From: Squalus acanthias
Lineage: Eukaryota
Assembly: GCA_030390025.1 (NCBI GenBank)
Contig: CM059432.1
Coordinates: 9,362,001-9,426,000 of the forward strand
Direction: 5' to 3'
Length of the DNA stretch: 64,000 bases
Shown here in pieces: positions 10,664-23,280 of the stretch. Each line of letters begins with the position of its first letter. The stretch's first letter is position 1. A program made the translations under genes and the position numbers. The notes beneath the pieces are model-generated. The model had not been told where the DNA came from and made no database searches. It was given only the letters and a program-made list of their open reading frames with translations.

Positions 10664-11362
10664 ACTCATTTATGCCAATTGAAGTGTGAGATGCAGAGCC
10701 ATGTGGTGATGCTGCTACTGTTTGTAGCAAGGAGCTCAGTAGCTGTGGAGCACTCTAACTGGTGCCAGCAACATGGCTATGGAGGAACCTTACACAACTC
10801 ATCCATTTAACAAAGAACAAACCATTTAACAAGTGCCAGATGGACATTAGCATTTAGTGATATATTTAAAGCAGAAAAACTGTTCGAAATTTAATGGCCA
10901 AATTACAGTCCAGTCACTGCAGAAATCATTTTTCCCAATGGCTGCGATGCAGGATTATGGCCCACAGTGTATACAGCTGTTTCAGAACCCAGCTCCAGAT
11001 GTTTGGAGCAGTGTGACCGATGCTCACCTGTGCGTTTAACGATTTAAGCTTCCATTACATGAATGATCCTTGAAATAAACATCCTTCTAAATGGAATGAA
11101 GCACTTTGAATGCAAACAGTTAAGGATATGAAGCATGAATCCTCTCAAACACGATTATATTTACCTTGGGATAAGCATCGTCAACCAATGTAAATTAGAT
11201 CACTGGCAAAGGGTTTGTTGTTCGTCTTCAGGATCTGCTGTAATGCTAAAGGTGTCCTTCCATAATTGCAGGGTGCCAATCAGGCTGGACACAGGTGGTC
11301 ATCCGGTTGGCAGCAATTTATGCTTCATTCATCTGTCTCATCTTCTCTATCCCTCTCAGGTA

Positions 11363-12190
11363 TCATAGAATAGAATAGAATAGAATTTTACAGCACAGAA
11401 GGAGGCCATTTGGCCCGTCACACCTGTGCCGGCTCTCTGAAGGAGCTGTCCAATTATGACCACAGCCCCAGCTTTCTGCCCCAACCCTGCAAATTAGTCC
11501 TCTTCAATTACAGTACACGTCCAATTGCCTTGTAAGAGTGCCAATGGAATCTGATTCCACCACCCTTTCAGGTAGTGCGGTCCAGATCTTAACCCTCTGT
11601 GTGAAAAAAATTCTCCTCATTTCCCCTCTAGTACTTTTACCAATTATTTTAAATCTATGACCTCTGGTTAATGACCCACTTGCCAGAGGAAATAGTGTAT
11701 TTCGAAGAAGAGCAGGGGAGTTCTCCCCCGGTGCCTTGGCCAATATTTATCCCTCGTCCTAAACACCTAAAAACAGATCATCTGGTCATTATCACATTGC
11801 TGTTAGTGGGAGTTTGCTGAGCACAAATTGGTCGCCGCGTTTCAACAGTGACGACACTTCAAAAAGTACTTCATTGGCTTTGAAACGTCCTGAGGTTGTG
11901 AAAGGTGTTATATAAATGTAAGATCAATGTACAGTATCATAGCTCCATCAAAAGCCCCTATAATTTTGAATGCCTCTAACTAGGTCTCCCCTTAACTTTC
12001 TCTGCTGTCAGGAGAACAATCCCAGCTTCTCCAGTCTCTCCACATAACTGAACTCCCTCATCCCTGGTATCATCCTGGTAAACCTCCTCTGTACCCTCTC
12101 CAGGGCCTTGACATCCTTCCTAAAGTGTGGTGACCAGAATTGTGCACAACACTCCAGCTGAGGCCTAACCAGAGATTTGTAAAGTATTAT
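11363..12190 (-). mobile_element. CR1 3' fragment interrupted by an inverted local duplication (11698-11942)
   Basis: CR1 ORF2 C-terminus motifs on both sides of the insert; (ttcta)n tail. Confidence 0.75.
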
Positions 12191-12536
12191 ACAGCTACCT
12201 CCCATTTTCCTTTTGCCCGCTGCAGTGGGAAGACGAGCTCTGGTTGCTAGGGGTAGCAACATCCTTTTGAATGGATTTACACAAAGCAACCAGGGCAATT
12301 CTTCAGTCTTGCAGCTTCCTGAAATTGCCCTGGAGAGGGTACAGAGTAGGCTTACCAGGATGATACCAGGGATGAGGGAGTTCAGTAATGTGGAGAGTTA
12401 TTTAAAAAAAAAATGCAATTAAGAGATGGGGCTGGATTTGTCTCTTCTACCCCCTCTGGAACTTTGCCACATTGCTGCTCATCTCATATTTGGTCACTTG
12501 GATTATCATCTTCCAATACCAAAGCTATTTCTTGCT

Positions 12537-12830
12537 ATCATAGAATCATACAAATTTACGGCACAGAAGGATGCCATTCGGCCCATCGTGTCTGTGCTGG
12601 CTGAAAAAGAGCTATCCAGCCTAATCCCACTTTCCAGCTCTTGGTCCGTAGCCCTGCAGCTTACGGCACTTCAAGTGCATATCCAAGTACTTTTTAAATG
12701 CGATGAGAGTTTCTGCCTCTACTGCCCTTTCAGGCAGTGAGTTCCAGACCCCCACCACCCTCTGGGTGAAAAAAGTTCTCCTCAACTCCCCCTCTAATCC
12801 TTCCACAAATTACTTTAAATCTACCCCCTT
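12537..12830 (-). mobile_element. CR1 3' fragment
   Basis: FFTQRVVGVWNSLPERAVEA...GYGPRAGKWD plus tail. Confidence 0.8.
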
Positions 12831-13072
12831 GCTTACTTCTATTACAGCCACTACACTTTACAACCAAAACGGGAGGGTGAGGTCTGCGCTAAGACTTAGC
12901 GAAGTAAGTTGAGATAAGGGAGTAGAATTTATGTTCTGTTCTGGACTTCAGTGGAGAAGAAAATTAGTTGGGGTTCAAAATGGACTGGTGATTCACTATT
13001 AAAAATTTTGTGTTACTGCCGAAGATTGATTCCATCCCCATTGTCTCCTTTTTTTTATCTCCCTCTTCACAT

Positions 13073-13196
13073 CATAAGAACATAAGAAATAGGAGCAGGA
13101 GTCGGCCATTTGGCCCTTCGAGCCTGCTCTGCCATTCAATATGATCATGGCTGATCTTCTACCTCATCTCCACTTTCCTGAACTATCCCCATATCC
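13073..13196 (-). mobile_element. CR1 3' tail fragment
   Basis: CR1 3' UTR hairpin and cataagaa repeats. Confidence 0.75.
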
Positions 13197-13295
13197 CTGA
13201 CGAAGGGTCATCGACCTGAAACGTTAACTCTGTTTCTCTCTCCACAGATGCTGCCTGACCTGCTGAGTATTTCCAGCATTTTCTGTTTCTATTTG
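13197..13295 (+). mobile_element. Penelope-like pseudo-LTR fragment with hammerhead core
   Basis: CTGACGA-agggtcatcgacct-GAAACGTTAAC; same family as 50765, 53395 and 58320. Confidence 0.65.
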
Positions 13296-13429
13296 CTTTC
13301 CTAATTCCATCCCAGCAGAAACTGAGTTCCCAACACAGAGGGTGTGAGGTGTTCCATCCATTATTGGGACAGGGTTTGAATGGTTTGTTCTATATTGTCT
13401 CTGGGTGAAAAAGCATCGAGCTAAGCTCA

Positions 13430-16427
13430 TTGTTCGGTGAAGTGGGGGAAGGAGGTGCTTGCTTTTCTTAACTTCTCCCGCAGAGTGGCGGCGGACCTGA
13501 GCGGGAGCAGACCGAGGCCCGAGAGCGGGGATAAAAGCAGCAACAGACCTGCATCAACAAGAGAAAACGGCAGTGAGACGTTACAGGTAAGGCAGCTAAG
13601 TGATTGGTAGTGACTGTGGGCTAAGTTTTAAGATAGTGTCTGTGGGCTAAGTTTTAAGTTAACATATAACTAAATTTTAAAAACGAAACTTAATTTAGTT
13701 AATTTAATAAACTAAACGAGGTAAATAATTTGATTAATACTAAACTAATTAATAAAACAAAAAAATAATGGGAGAATAGGAGATGTGTTGCTGCTGCAAT
13801 ATCTGGGAGCTTGTGGACATTTTTGTCCAGGGCGACTACATCTGCGGTAAGTGTCTGCGGCTCGAGGAACTTTGGCTCCGAGTTGAGGAGCTGGAGTCCG
13901 AGCTGCAGACATTGCGAGACATCAGGGAGGGAGAAAGTTACCTGGACCTTTTGCTCCAGGAGGCAGCCACACCCCTCAGATTAAATACTTTAGAATTGAC
14001 ACATGGTCAAGGACAGGAGGGTGTGACTGTGAGTGAGGCAGGTACGGGGATCCAGGAGGTAGTATTGCAGGAGCCTCAATCCCTGCACTTGTCCAATAGA
14101 TTTGAGGTTCTTGCAACCCTTGTGGACAAGTGCGGGGACTGCGGGGAGGACGAGCAAACTGACCACGGCACCGTGGTACAGGAAGCCGTTCAAGTGGGGG
14201 GAGTAAAAAGGAAGGTGGTTGTAGTAGGCGACAGTATAGTTAGGAGGATAGACACTGTTCTCTGCAGCCAGGAGCGTGAGTCCCGAAGGCTATATTGCCT
14301 ACCCGGTGCCAGGGTAAAGGACATCTCCTCCGGGCTGGAGAAGAACTTGGAGTGGGAGGGGGAGGATCCAGTTGTCGTGGTCCACGTAGGTACCAACGAC
14401 ATAAGTAGGACAAAGAAAGAGGTTCTGCTGAAAGAGTTTGAGCAGCTAGGGACTAAATTAAAAAGCAGAACCACAAAGGTCAGAATCTCTGGATTATTAC
14501 CGGAGCCACGAGCAAATTGGCATAGGGTCAATAGGATCAGGGAGATGAATGCGTGGCTCAAAGATTGGTGTGGGAGAAGTGGGTTTCGATTCGTGCGGCA
14601 CTGGCACCAGTACTGGGGAAAGAGAGAGCTGTTCCGTTGGGACAGACTACACCTGAACCATGCCTGGGACCAGAGTTCTAGTGAATCGAATAACTAGGGA
14701 GGTAGATAGGGCTTTAAAGTAAATAAGGGGGAGGGAAGGGGGGGGGGTGGTCCCAGTGGAGAGAAATCTAGAATGCTAAAGAGAAAAGACAAGGAAGCAG
14801 TGCAGGAAAGTAATTGGGGTAAGGATAACCAGATTGTGTCAGGAAGGGATAGAGCGTACAAACAAAAGAGTGCACTAACAAATAGGGTCCGGGTAAGAAA
14901 AAATGGTAATAAGACAAATAGGGCCATAGTACAAAAAAATGTTAAGATGTCTAAAAATTTTAAAAAGACAAATCTAAAGGCATTGTATCTGAATGCATGA
15001 AGCATTCGTAATAAGGTAGACAAATTAACAGCACAAATAGATGTAAACGGATATGATATAATTGCGATTACGGAGACATGGCTGCAGGGTGACCAAGGCT
15101 GGGAGCTGAATATCGAAGGATATTCGATATTTAGGAAGGACAGGCGAAAAGGAAAAGGAGGTGGGGTGGCCTTGTTAGTAAAGGATGAAATCAGTGCAAT
15201 AGTGAGAAAGGATTTTGGCTCAGAAAATCAAGATGTAGTATCAGTCTGGGTGGAGCTGAGAAGCACCAAGGGGCAGAAAACATTGGTGGGAGTTGTCTAT
15301 AGGCCTCCAAACAGTAGTGGTAATGTAGGGGATGGCATCAAACAGGAAATTAGAGATGCATGTAACAAGGGTACTACAGTAATCATGGGTGACTTTAATC
15401 TACATATAGACTGGCCAAACCAAATTAGCAATAATACTGTGGAGGATGAATTCCTGGAGTGTGTACGAGATGGTTTTTTAGACCAGTACGTTGAGGAGCC
15501 AACTAGGGAACAGGCTATCCTAGATTGGGTATTGTGCAATGAGAAGGGGTTAATTAATAATCTTGTTGTGCGGAGACCTTTAGGGAAGAGTAACCATAAC
15601 ATGATAGAATCCTTCATTAAGATGGAAAGTGAAGAAGTCCAATCAGAAACTAGGGTCCTAAATTTAAACAAAGGAAACTACAAAGGTATGAGAAGTGAGT
15701 TGGCTATGATAGATTGGGGAGCTTCATTAAAATGCATGACGGTAGATAGGCAATGGCTAACATTTAAGGAACGAATGCATGAATTGCAACAGTTATACAT
15801 GCCTTTCTGGCGCAAAAACACAAAAGGAAAAGCAGCCTAACCATGGCTAACAAAAGAAATTAAGGATAGTATTAGATCCAAAGAGGAGTCATATAAAGTT
15901 GCCAGAAAAGCCTGAGGATTGGGAGCAGTTTAGAGTTCAGCAAAAAAGGACCAAGAGATTGATTAAGTGGGGAAAAATAGAGTATGAGAGTAAACTTGCA
16001 AGGAACATAAAAGCGGACTGTAAAAGCTTCTACAAGTATATAAAAAGAAAAAGATTAGTGAAGACAAATGTAGGTCCCTTACAGTCAGAAATGGGAGAAT
16101 TAATAATGGGGAACAAGGAAATGGCATGGCAATTAAACAAATACTTTGGTTCTGTCTTCACGGAAGAGGACACAAATAACTTCCCAGAAATGCTAGGGAA
16201 CCAATGGTCTATTGAGAAGGAGGAATTAAAGGAAATTAGTATTAGTAAAAAAAATAGTGCTGGAGAAATTGGTGGGACTGAATGCTGATAAATCCCCAGG
16301 GTCTGATAATCTGCCTCCCAGAGTACTAAAAGAGGTAGCCTTGGAAATAGTGGATGCATTGGTTGTCATCTTCCAAAATTCTATAGATTATGGAATGGTT
16401 CCTGCAGATTGGAGGGTGGCAAACGTA
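13430..16427 (+). mobile_element. CR1 LINE 'A': 5'UTR, ORF1, ORF2 up to early RT; decayed
   Basis: ORF1 and APE endonuclease (ITETWL, YRPP, GDFN), several stops and frameshifts; ends at DWRVANV. Confidence 0.9.
13768..14720 (+). pseudogene. CR1 ORF1 (zinc finger/leucine zipper + SGNH esterase)
   Basis: C-x2-C...C-x2-C, zipper, VVGDS, LPGA, HVGTND, D.LHLN; early TAG at codon 4 and a late frameshift. Confidence 0.85.
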
Positions 16428-16484
16428 TAGAATCATAGAAATCATAGAAAGTTACAGCACGGAAGGAGGCCATTTCGGCCCATC

Positions 16485-17215
16485 GGGATGGATTTTGTCT
16501 TGGGGTCAGGTTGGGGTCGTGTAATCCGCATTTCGTGTTCCCCCCCCGACTCCAGATTAATGTGGATGCCTGATGCAATTTTCACTTAATTGGGCAATTG
16601 AGTTGCAGCATGTGGGAACCCATGAACTAATTAGTGGTTTCAGTCTGAAAGTCGCCCCTGATGATGTCATCATTGTTGACTGCTTGGTCTCAGAGACTGC
16701 CTGGATGTTGGTGAGAGAGGACTTGTTGATGTGAGTGGACCTGGATATATATGTGAGAGAGAGAGAGAGGGAGAGAGAATTTTTTGCATGCAAGTCCTCT
16801 TACACCAAATGCCATGACATTGAATGTAGCAGTATCAGAGGCGACTTTCATACCTAATACTACTACTACCTTCATCACAGCTCTGTTGTAATAGTGGACT
16901 TGCAGCCGATAGTTAGCTATCCATTTGTGCTCCCGCCAGGTTTCACTGGAGTGTTTCACACCAGGCGTGCTTCACGTCAGAAAAGGGTTAAACTAGCTAC
17001 AACGTTTCAAAATAGCATTACAGAGCCAATTTAGGGCTTGTTAAGGGCTTTAATGGCCTCTCCTGCCTCTTGGAGGCGGGAGAGAGTCGGGAACCCCGCG
17101 ACTCATTTTGTCAAAATTGCGTGGAGGCGGGATGGAGTCGGAAACCCCGACCCCGCAAATGTAACCCCCCACACGCCTCCAAACCCGACTCCATGGGTCA
17201 TTGAAAATCCAGCCC
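16485..17215. mobile_element. Harbinger-type MITE in the CR1-B 3' tail
   Basis: TIR GGGATGGATTTT / AAAATCCAGCCC; flanks rejoin to CR1 consensus cggcccatc|gtgtc. Confidence 0.75.
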
Positions 17216-17248
17216 GTGTCCGCGCCAGCCAACAAAGAGCTATCCAGC

Positions 17249-19465
17249 CTAATCCCGCTTCCCAGCTCTTGGTCCGTAGCCCTGCAGGTTACAGCATCCC
17301 AAGTGCACATCCAAGTACTTTTTAAATGTGGTTAGGGTTCCTGCCTCTACCGCCCTTTCAGGCAGTGAGTTCCAGACCCCCACAACCCTCTGGGTGAAGC
17401 AATTTCCCATCAAATCCCCGATAAACCTTCCCCCAATTACTTTAAATCTGTGCCCCTTGGTTTTTGACCCCTCTGCTAAGGGAAATAGGTCCTTTCTATC
17501 CACTTTATCTATGCCCCTAATAATTTTATGCTCCTCAATAAGGTCTCCCCTCAGCCTCCTCTGTTCCAAGGAAAACAGACCCAGCCTATCCAGTCTTTCC
17601 TCATAGCTAAGATTCTCTACTCCCGGCAACATCCTTGTAAATCTCCTCTGTACCCTCTCTAGTGCAATCACATCTTTCCTGTAATGTGGTGACCAGAACT
17701 GCACGCAATACTCTAGCTGAGGCCTAACTAGTGTTTTAAACAGTTGAAGAATAACCCCCATGCTCTTGTATTCGATGTCACGGCTAATAAAGGCAAGCAT
17801 TCCGTATGCCTTCTTAACCACCTTATCTACTTGGCCTGCTACCTTCAAGGATCTGTGGAAATGCACTCCAAGGTCCCTTTGTTCCTCTACACTACTCAGT
17901 GTCCTACCATTTAATGTGTATTCCCTTGCCTTGTTAGCCCTCCCCAAATGCATTACCTCACACTTCTCCGGATTGAATTCCATTTGCCACTGTTCTGCCC
18001 ACCTGACCAATTTATTGATATCTTCCTGCAGTCTACAGCTTCCTTCTTCAGTATCAACCACACAGCCAATTTTAGTATCATCTGCAAACTTCTTAATCAT
18101 ACCCCCTATATTTAAATCAAGATCGTTGCTATATACCACAAAAAGCAAAGGACCTAGTACTGAGCCCTGCGGAACCCCACTGGAAACAGCCTTCCAGTCA
18201 CAAAAACACCCATCAACCATTACCCTCTGCTTCCTGTCTCCGAGCCAGTTTTGAATCCAACTTGACACTTTGCCCTGGATCCCATGGGCTTTTAACTTCG
18301 TGACCAGTCTGCCATGTGGAACCTTATCAAAAGCCTTGCTAAAGTCCATATACACTACATCAAACGCACTACCCTCATCTACCCTCCTTGTTACCTCCTC
18401 AAAAAATTCAATCAAGTTTGTCAGACACAACCTTCCCTTAACAAATCCGTGCTGACTATCCTCGATTAATCCGTGTCTTTCTAAATGAAGATTTATCCTG
18501 TCCTTCAGAATTCTTTCTAATAATTTTCCCACCACCGAGGTTAGGCTGACTGGCCTGTAATTACTCGGTCTATCCTTTTCTCCCTTTTTAAACAAGGGTA
18601 CCACATTAGCAGTCCTCCAGTCCTCCGGCACCAAACCTGAAGCCAGAGAGGATTGGAAAATGATGGTCAGGGCCTCTGCTATTTCCTCTTTTGCTTCGCT
18701 TAACAGCCTGGGATACATTTCATCCAGGCCTGGGGATTTATCCACTTTTATAGCTGCAAAACCCCTTATCCTACCCTGTATGTCTCTAGACATCCAGGGG
18801 GCTCTAGATTTGTTAGTCCCACCTTTTTTCTTTAAGGGCACATGTTTGGTCTGAACCCTCCGGATCTCATCCTTGAATGCCTCCCACTGCTCTGACACTG
18901 ATTTACCTTCTAGTAGCTGTTTCCAGCTCACTATGGCTAAATCCCCTCTGAGCTTAGCAAAATTTGCTTTTCCCCAATTTAGAATTTTTATTCCTGGTCT
19001 ATCCTTGTCCTTTTCCATAACTACCTTAAATCTAACTGAATTATGGTCACTAGCACCAAAATGCTCCCCCACTGATACATCTTCTACCTGCCCAGCTTCA
19101 TTCCCTAAAACTAAGTCCAGAACCGCCCCCTCCCTTGTTGGGCTTGTTACATACTGGCTAAAAAAGTTCTCCTGGATGCATTTTAGGAATTCCACACCTT
19201 CTATACCCTTCACACTAATTTTATCCCAGTTAATATTGGGGCAGTTGAAATCCCCTACTATTACTGCCCTATAGTTTTTGCACTTCTCAGAAATTTGTCT
19301 ACATATTTGTTCTTCTATCTCCCTCTCACTGTTTGGGGGTCTGTAGTACACTCCCAGCAGTGTGATCGCCCCTTTTTTGTTTTTCAATTCAACCCATATG
19401 GCCTCGTTTGATGATCCCTCCAACATATCATCCCTCCTCACAGCTGTAATAGTTTCTTTAATCAA
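17249..19465 (-). pseudogene. CR1 ORF2 (endonuclease-RT) with in-frame internal deletion near 18765 and upstream frameshift
   Basis: 738-aa ORF: YYRPP, GDFN, SDH, NYRPVSLTS, DFSKAFDKV, GVPQGSVLGP, FADD. Confidence 0.9.
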
Positions 19466-19814
19466 TACCGCGACCGCCCCCTCCCTTTTTACCTCCCTCT
19501 CTATCCCGTCTGAAAATCCTGTAACCAGGAATGTTGAGCTGCCATACCTGCCCCTCTTTCAGCCACATCTCTGTAATAGCTATAATATCATAGTCTCAAG
19601 TATGTACCTGTGCCCTCAACTCATCTGCCTTGTTCGCTATACTCCTTGCATTGAAGTATATACCATTTAGTACAGGCACACCTCCTTGTTGACTACTATC
19701 TAGCCCTTGATTCCTCTGTCCTTCCAATTTACTTTCTACGCTTTTTGTTTTCCAATTCCAGTTTTTCTTCCCTCCCTATTGACTCTATACTTAGGTTCCC
19801 ATCCCCCTGCCAAG

Positions 19815-20769
19815 CTAGTTTAAACCCTCCCCAACAGCACTAGCAAACCCTCCCGCGAGGATATTGGTCCCTTTCCCGTTGAGGTGCAATCCGTCTGGCT
19901 TGTAGAGGTCCCACCTCCCCCAGAAACAGTTCCAATTCCTCAGGAATCTAAAGCCCTCCCTCCTACAACATCTCTCCAGCCACGCATTCATCTGCTCTAT
20001 CTTCCTATTTCTGAACTCACTAGCACGTGGCACTGATTACTACCTTTGAGGTCCTGCTTTTTAACGTCTTTCCTAGCTCCCTAAACTCTGCATGCAGGAC
20101 CTCATCCCTCTTCCTACCAATGTCGTTGGTACCGCTATGGACCATGACCTCTGGCAGTTCACCCTCCCCCCTCAGAATGCCCTGCAGCCGTTCAGTGACA
20201 TCCTTGACCCTGGAACCAGGGAGGCAACATACCATCCTGGAGTCACATCTGCGGCCGCAGAAAAGCCTGTCTGCTCCCCTAACTATCGAATCCCCTATCA
20301 CTATTACTCTCCCTCTCCTCTCCGCCCCCCCACCCGCCCCCCCCCCCGCCTGTGCAGCTGAGCCTTCCATGGTGCTGTGGACTTGTCTCTGGCTGCACTC
20401 CCCAGAGGAACCATCGCCCTCACCAGTACTCAGCACCGAATACTGGTTGGTGAGCAAGATAGGCTCAGGGGACTCCTGCACTACCTGCCTGGTCCTCCTC
20501 TTCTGTCTGACGGTCACCCATTCCCTCTCTGCCTGCACACTCTTAAGCTGCGGGGTGACCACCTCCCGAAACATGCTATCCACGTAGCTCTCAGCCTCGC
20601 GGATGCACAGCAGTGACTGCAGCCGCCGCTCAAGCTCCGTAACCCGGTGCTCGACCTGCTGTAGCTGGCGACACTTCCTGCACATGTGGTCGTCCACACC
20701 ACGGGAGGTGTTCAGGACTTCCCACATGGCACAGGATGTGCATTCCACGGGTGTGAGCTGCCCTGCCAT
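19815..20769 (-). pseudogene. CR1 ORF1 (zinc finger + SGNH esterase), one frameshift near 20033
   Basis: CTSC...CRKC, VIGDS, GTND, DGLHLN split across two ORFs. Confidence 0.85.
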
Positions 20770-21059
20770 ACCTCTAATTAACCTCTAATTTACTAACCTA
20801 GCTGGAATAAACTTAAAAACTTTAAGAAAGCCAAGTAAAAACACTTAACAGATACTCACCAATCAGCTCCCTCCCCTTGTGCCGACGTCACTTTTGACTT
20901 CTGACGTCAATCTTTGAAAATTCTGCCGGTGCTGTGTTGGTACCACCGCCGCCTCGCCGCTCCACCCAGGTCTGCTCTGCCGGCGCTGTTGCTGTGGGGC
21001 CTACCTGCGCCTCGGGCTCTCTTTATACCGCCGCCGCCTCGCCGCTCCTCCCAGGTTTC

Positions 21060-21224
21060 CACGATTTCACTTTCATGAATCCATGTTGACTTTGTCTAAT
21101 CCCGTTGATATTTTCTAAGTGTCCTGTTATCACATCCTAGCATTTTCCCTGCTACTGTTGTTAGGCTAACCGGTCTGTAGTTCCCGGTTTTCTTTCTCCC
21201 TCCATTTTTAAATAGTGGGGTTAC
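21060..21224 (-). mobile_element. Inverted continuation of CR1-A RT
   Basis: - strand reads VTPLFKNGGRKKTGNYRPVSLT...QHGFMK, the segment expected right after DWRVANV at 16427. Confidence 0.8.
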
Positions 21225-21374
21225 AGCAGCAGCAGCAGCGACGGCAGCTGACAGCCTTTCACAATTTTTCTAAAAAACATCGCTGTTCGTTTCCAAGGTC
21301 TCCTTTATCTGTCAATGGTTTTCATACAAAACTTCTCACAGGAACCTCTCAACCTCTCAAAGCATGCTGGTATT

Positions 21375-22170
21375 TGTGGATAAATGTGAAGTTATCCACT
21401 TCGGTCGGAAAAACTGAAAGGCAGAGTATTATTTAAATGGTGATAGATTGGGAAATGTTGATATACAAAGGGATCTGGGTGTCCTTGTACACCAGTCACT
21501 GAAAGCAAATATGCAGGTGCAGCAAGCAATTAGGAAGACAAATGGTATGTTGACCTTCATTGCAAGAGGATTTGAGTACAGGAGCAAGGATGTCTTACTA
21601 CAGTCATACAGGGCCTTGGTGAGACCACACATGGAGTACTGTGCGCAGTTTTATACTTGCCATAGAGGGAGTGCAGCGAAGGTTCACCAGACTGATTCCT
21701 GGGATGGCAGGAATGTCGTATGGGGAGAGATTGGGTCGACTAGGCCTGTATTCACTAGAGTTTAGAAGAATGAGAGGGGATCTCATTGAAATGTATAAAA
21801 TTCTGACAGGGCTAGACAGACTGGATGCAGGGAGGATGTTTCCCCTGGCTGGGAGGGGGGTCTAGAACGAGGGGTCACAGTCTCAGGATACGGGGTAGGA
21901 CATTTAGGACTGAGATGAGGAGAAATTTCTTCACTCAGAGGGTGGTGAACCTGTGGAATTCTCTACCACAGAAGGCTGTGGAGGCCAAGTCACTGAAAAT
22001 ATTTAAGAAGGAGATAGATAGATTTCTAGACACAAAAGGCATCAAGGGGTATGGGGAGAGAGCGGGAATATGGTATTGAGATAGAGGATCAGCCATGATC
22101 ATATTGAACGGCGGAGCAGGCTCGAAGGGCCGAATGGCCTACTCCTGCTCCTATTTTTCTATGTTTCTAT
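21375..22170 (+). mobile_element. CR1 3' portion
   Basis: KCEVIHFG...LVRPHMEYC...WNSLPQ and tail. Confidence 0.85.
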
Positions 22171-22399
22171 TGTGGTATTTTAAATCACTTATTGTTTCGG
22201 GGACTTTTATTTTAAACTCGTGCAAATACACATTGCTTTAAAAACTCAAGTAGAAGTAACTTTTTTTTCACAAGAGCATTCTAATAGAAATATGGTGAAA
22301 GAGTGCTGAAATGTGACAGACTCGCTGAAGTGTGGTTCCTGACGATGTCTGGTGCGAACTGACTTCATTGTTCATTTCGCCTCCTGGAAATGCCTGACA

Positions 22400-22735
22400 G
22401 GGCAACACGGTGGCGTAGTGGTTAGCATTGTTGCCTCACAGCGCCAGGGACCCGGGTTCGAATCCGGCCTCGGGTGACTGTCTGTGTGGAGTTTGCACAT
22501 TCTCCCCGTGTCTGCGTGGGTTTCCTCCGGGTGCTCAGGTTTCCTCCGGGTGCTCAGGTTTCCTCCCACAGTCCAAAGATGTGCGGGTTAGGTTGATTTG
22601 GCTATGATAAATTGACCCTTAGTGTTAGGGGGGATTAAATACGTGGGGTTACGGGGATAGGGTGGGATATGTGTCAGTGCAGGCTCGATGGGCCGAAATG
22701 GCCTCTATCTGCATTGTGGGGATTCTGTGATTCTG
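22400..22735 (+). mobile_element. V-SINE (HE1-like) with short internal tandem duplication
   Basis: tRNA head (tggcgtagtgg, gggttcgaatcc), V-domain gtgtggagtttgcacattctccccgtgtctgcgtgggtttcctccggg, CR1-like tail. Confidence 0.85.
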
Positions 22736-22799
22736 AGGTGCACGATGGGTGGATAGATGATCTCTGCCCACATTTTCCACTCCCTGATTGCAGACGTTA

Positions 22800-23277
22800 A
22801 AAGAAAGAAAGAACTTGCAATTATATCGCTCCTTCCACGACCACCGGATGTCCCAAAGCGCTTTACAGCTGACAAAGTACTTTTTGAAGTGTAGTCACTG
22901 TTGTAATGTGGGAAACGCGGCAGCCAATTTGCGCACAGCAAGCTCCCACAAACAGCAATGTGATAATGACCCAGATCATCTGTTTTAGTGATGTTGGTTG
23001 AGGGATAAATATTTGCCCCAGGTCACCGGGGATAATTCCCCCAGCTCTTCTTCAAAATAGCGGCCGTGAGATCTTTTATGTCCACCTGAAAGAGCAGACG
23101 GGGCCTCGGTTTAACATCTCATCCGAAAGACGGCACCTCCGACAGTGCAGCACTCCCTCAGTACTGCACAGGAGTGTCAGCCTAGCTTTATGTTCTCAAG
23201 TCTCCTGGAGTGGGACTATGAACCCACAACCTTCTGACTCACAGGTGAAGGTGCTACCCACTGAGCCACAGCTGACA
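22800..23277 (-). mobile_element. DeuSINE, full length
   Basis: Head, core and (ttct)n tail all present. Confidence 0.85.
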
Positions 23278-23280
23278 CTT

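Larger units (their letters stand above)
16428..21057 (-). mobile_element. CR1 LINE 'B', near full length, decayed
   Basis: 5'UTR 20770-21057, ORF1, ORF2 with FADD, 3' tail split by a MITE. Confidence 0.92.

Noticed and set aside
22400..22475. tRNA gene
   Set aside because: tRNA-derived head of a V-SINE; the same applies to the DeuSINE heads
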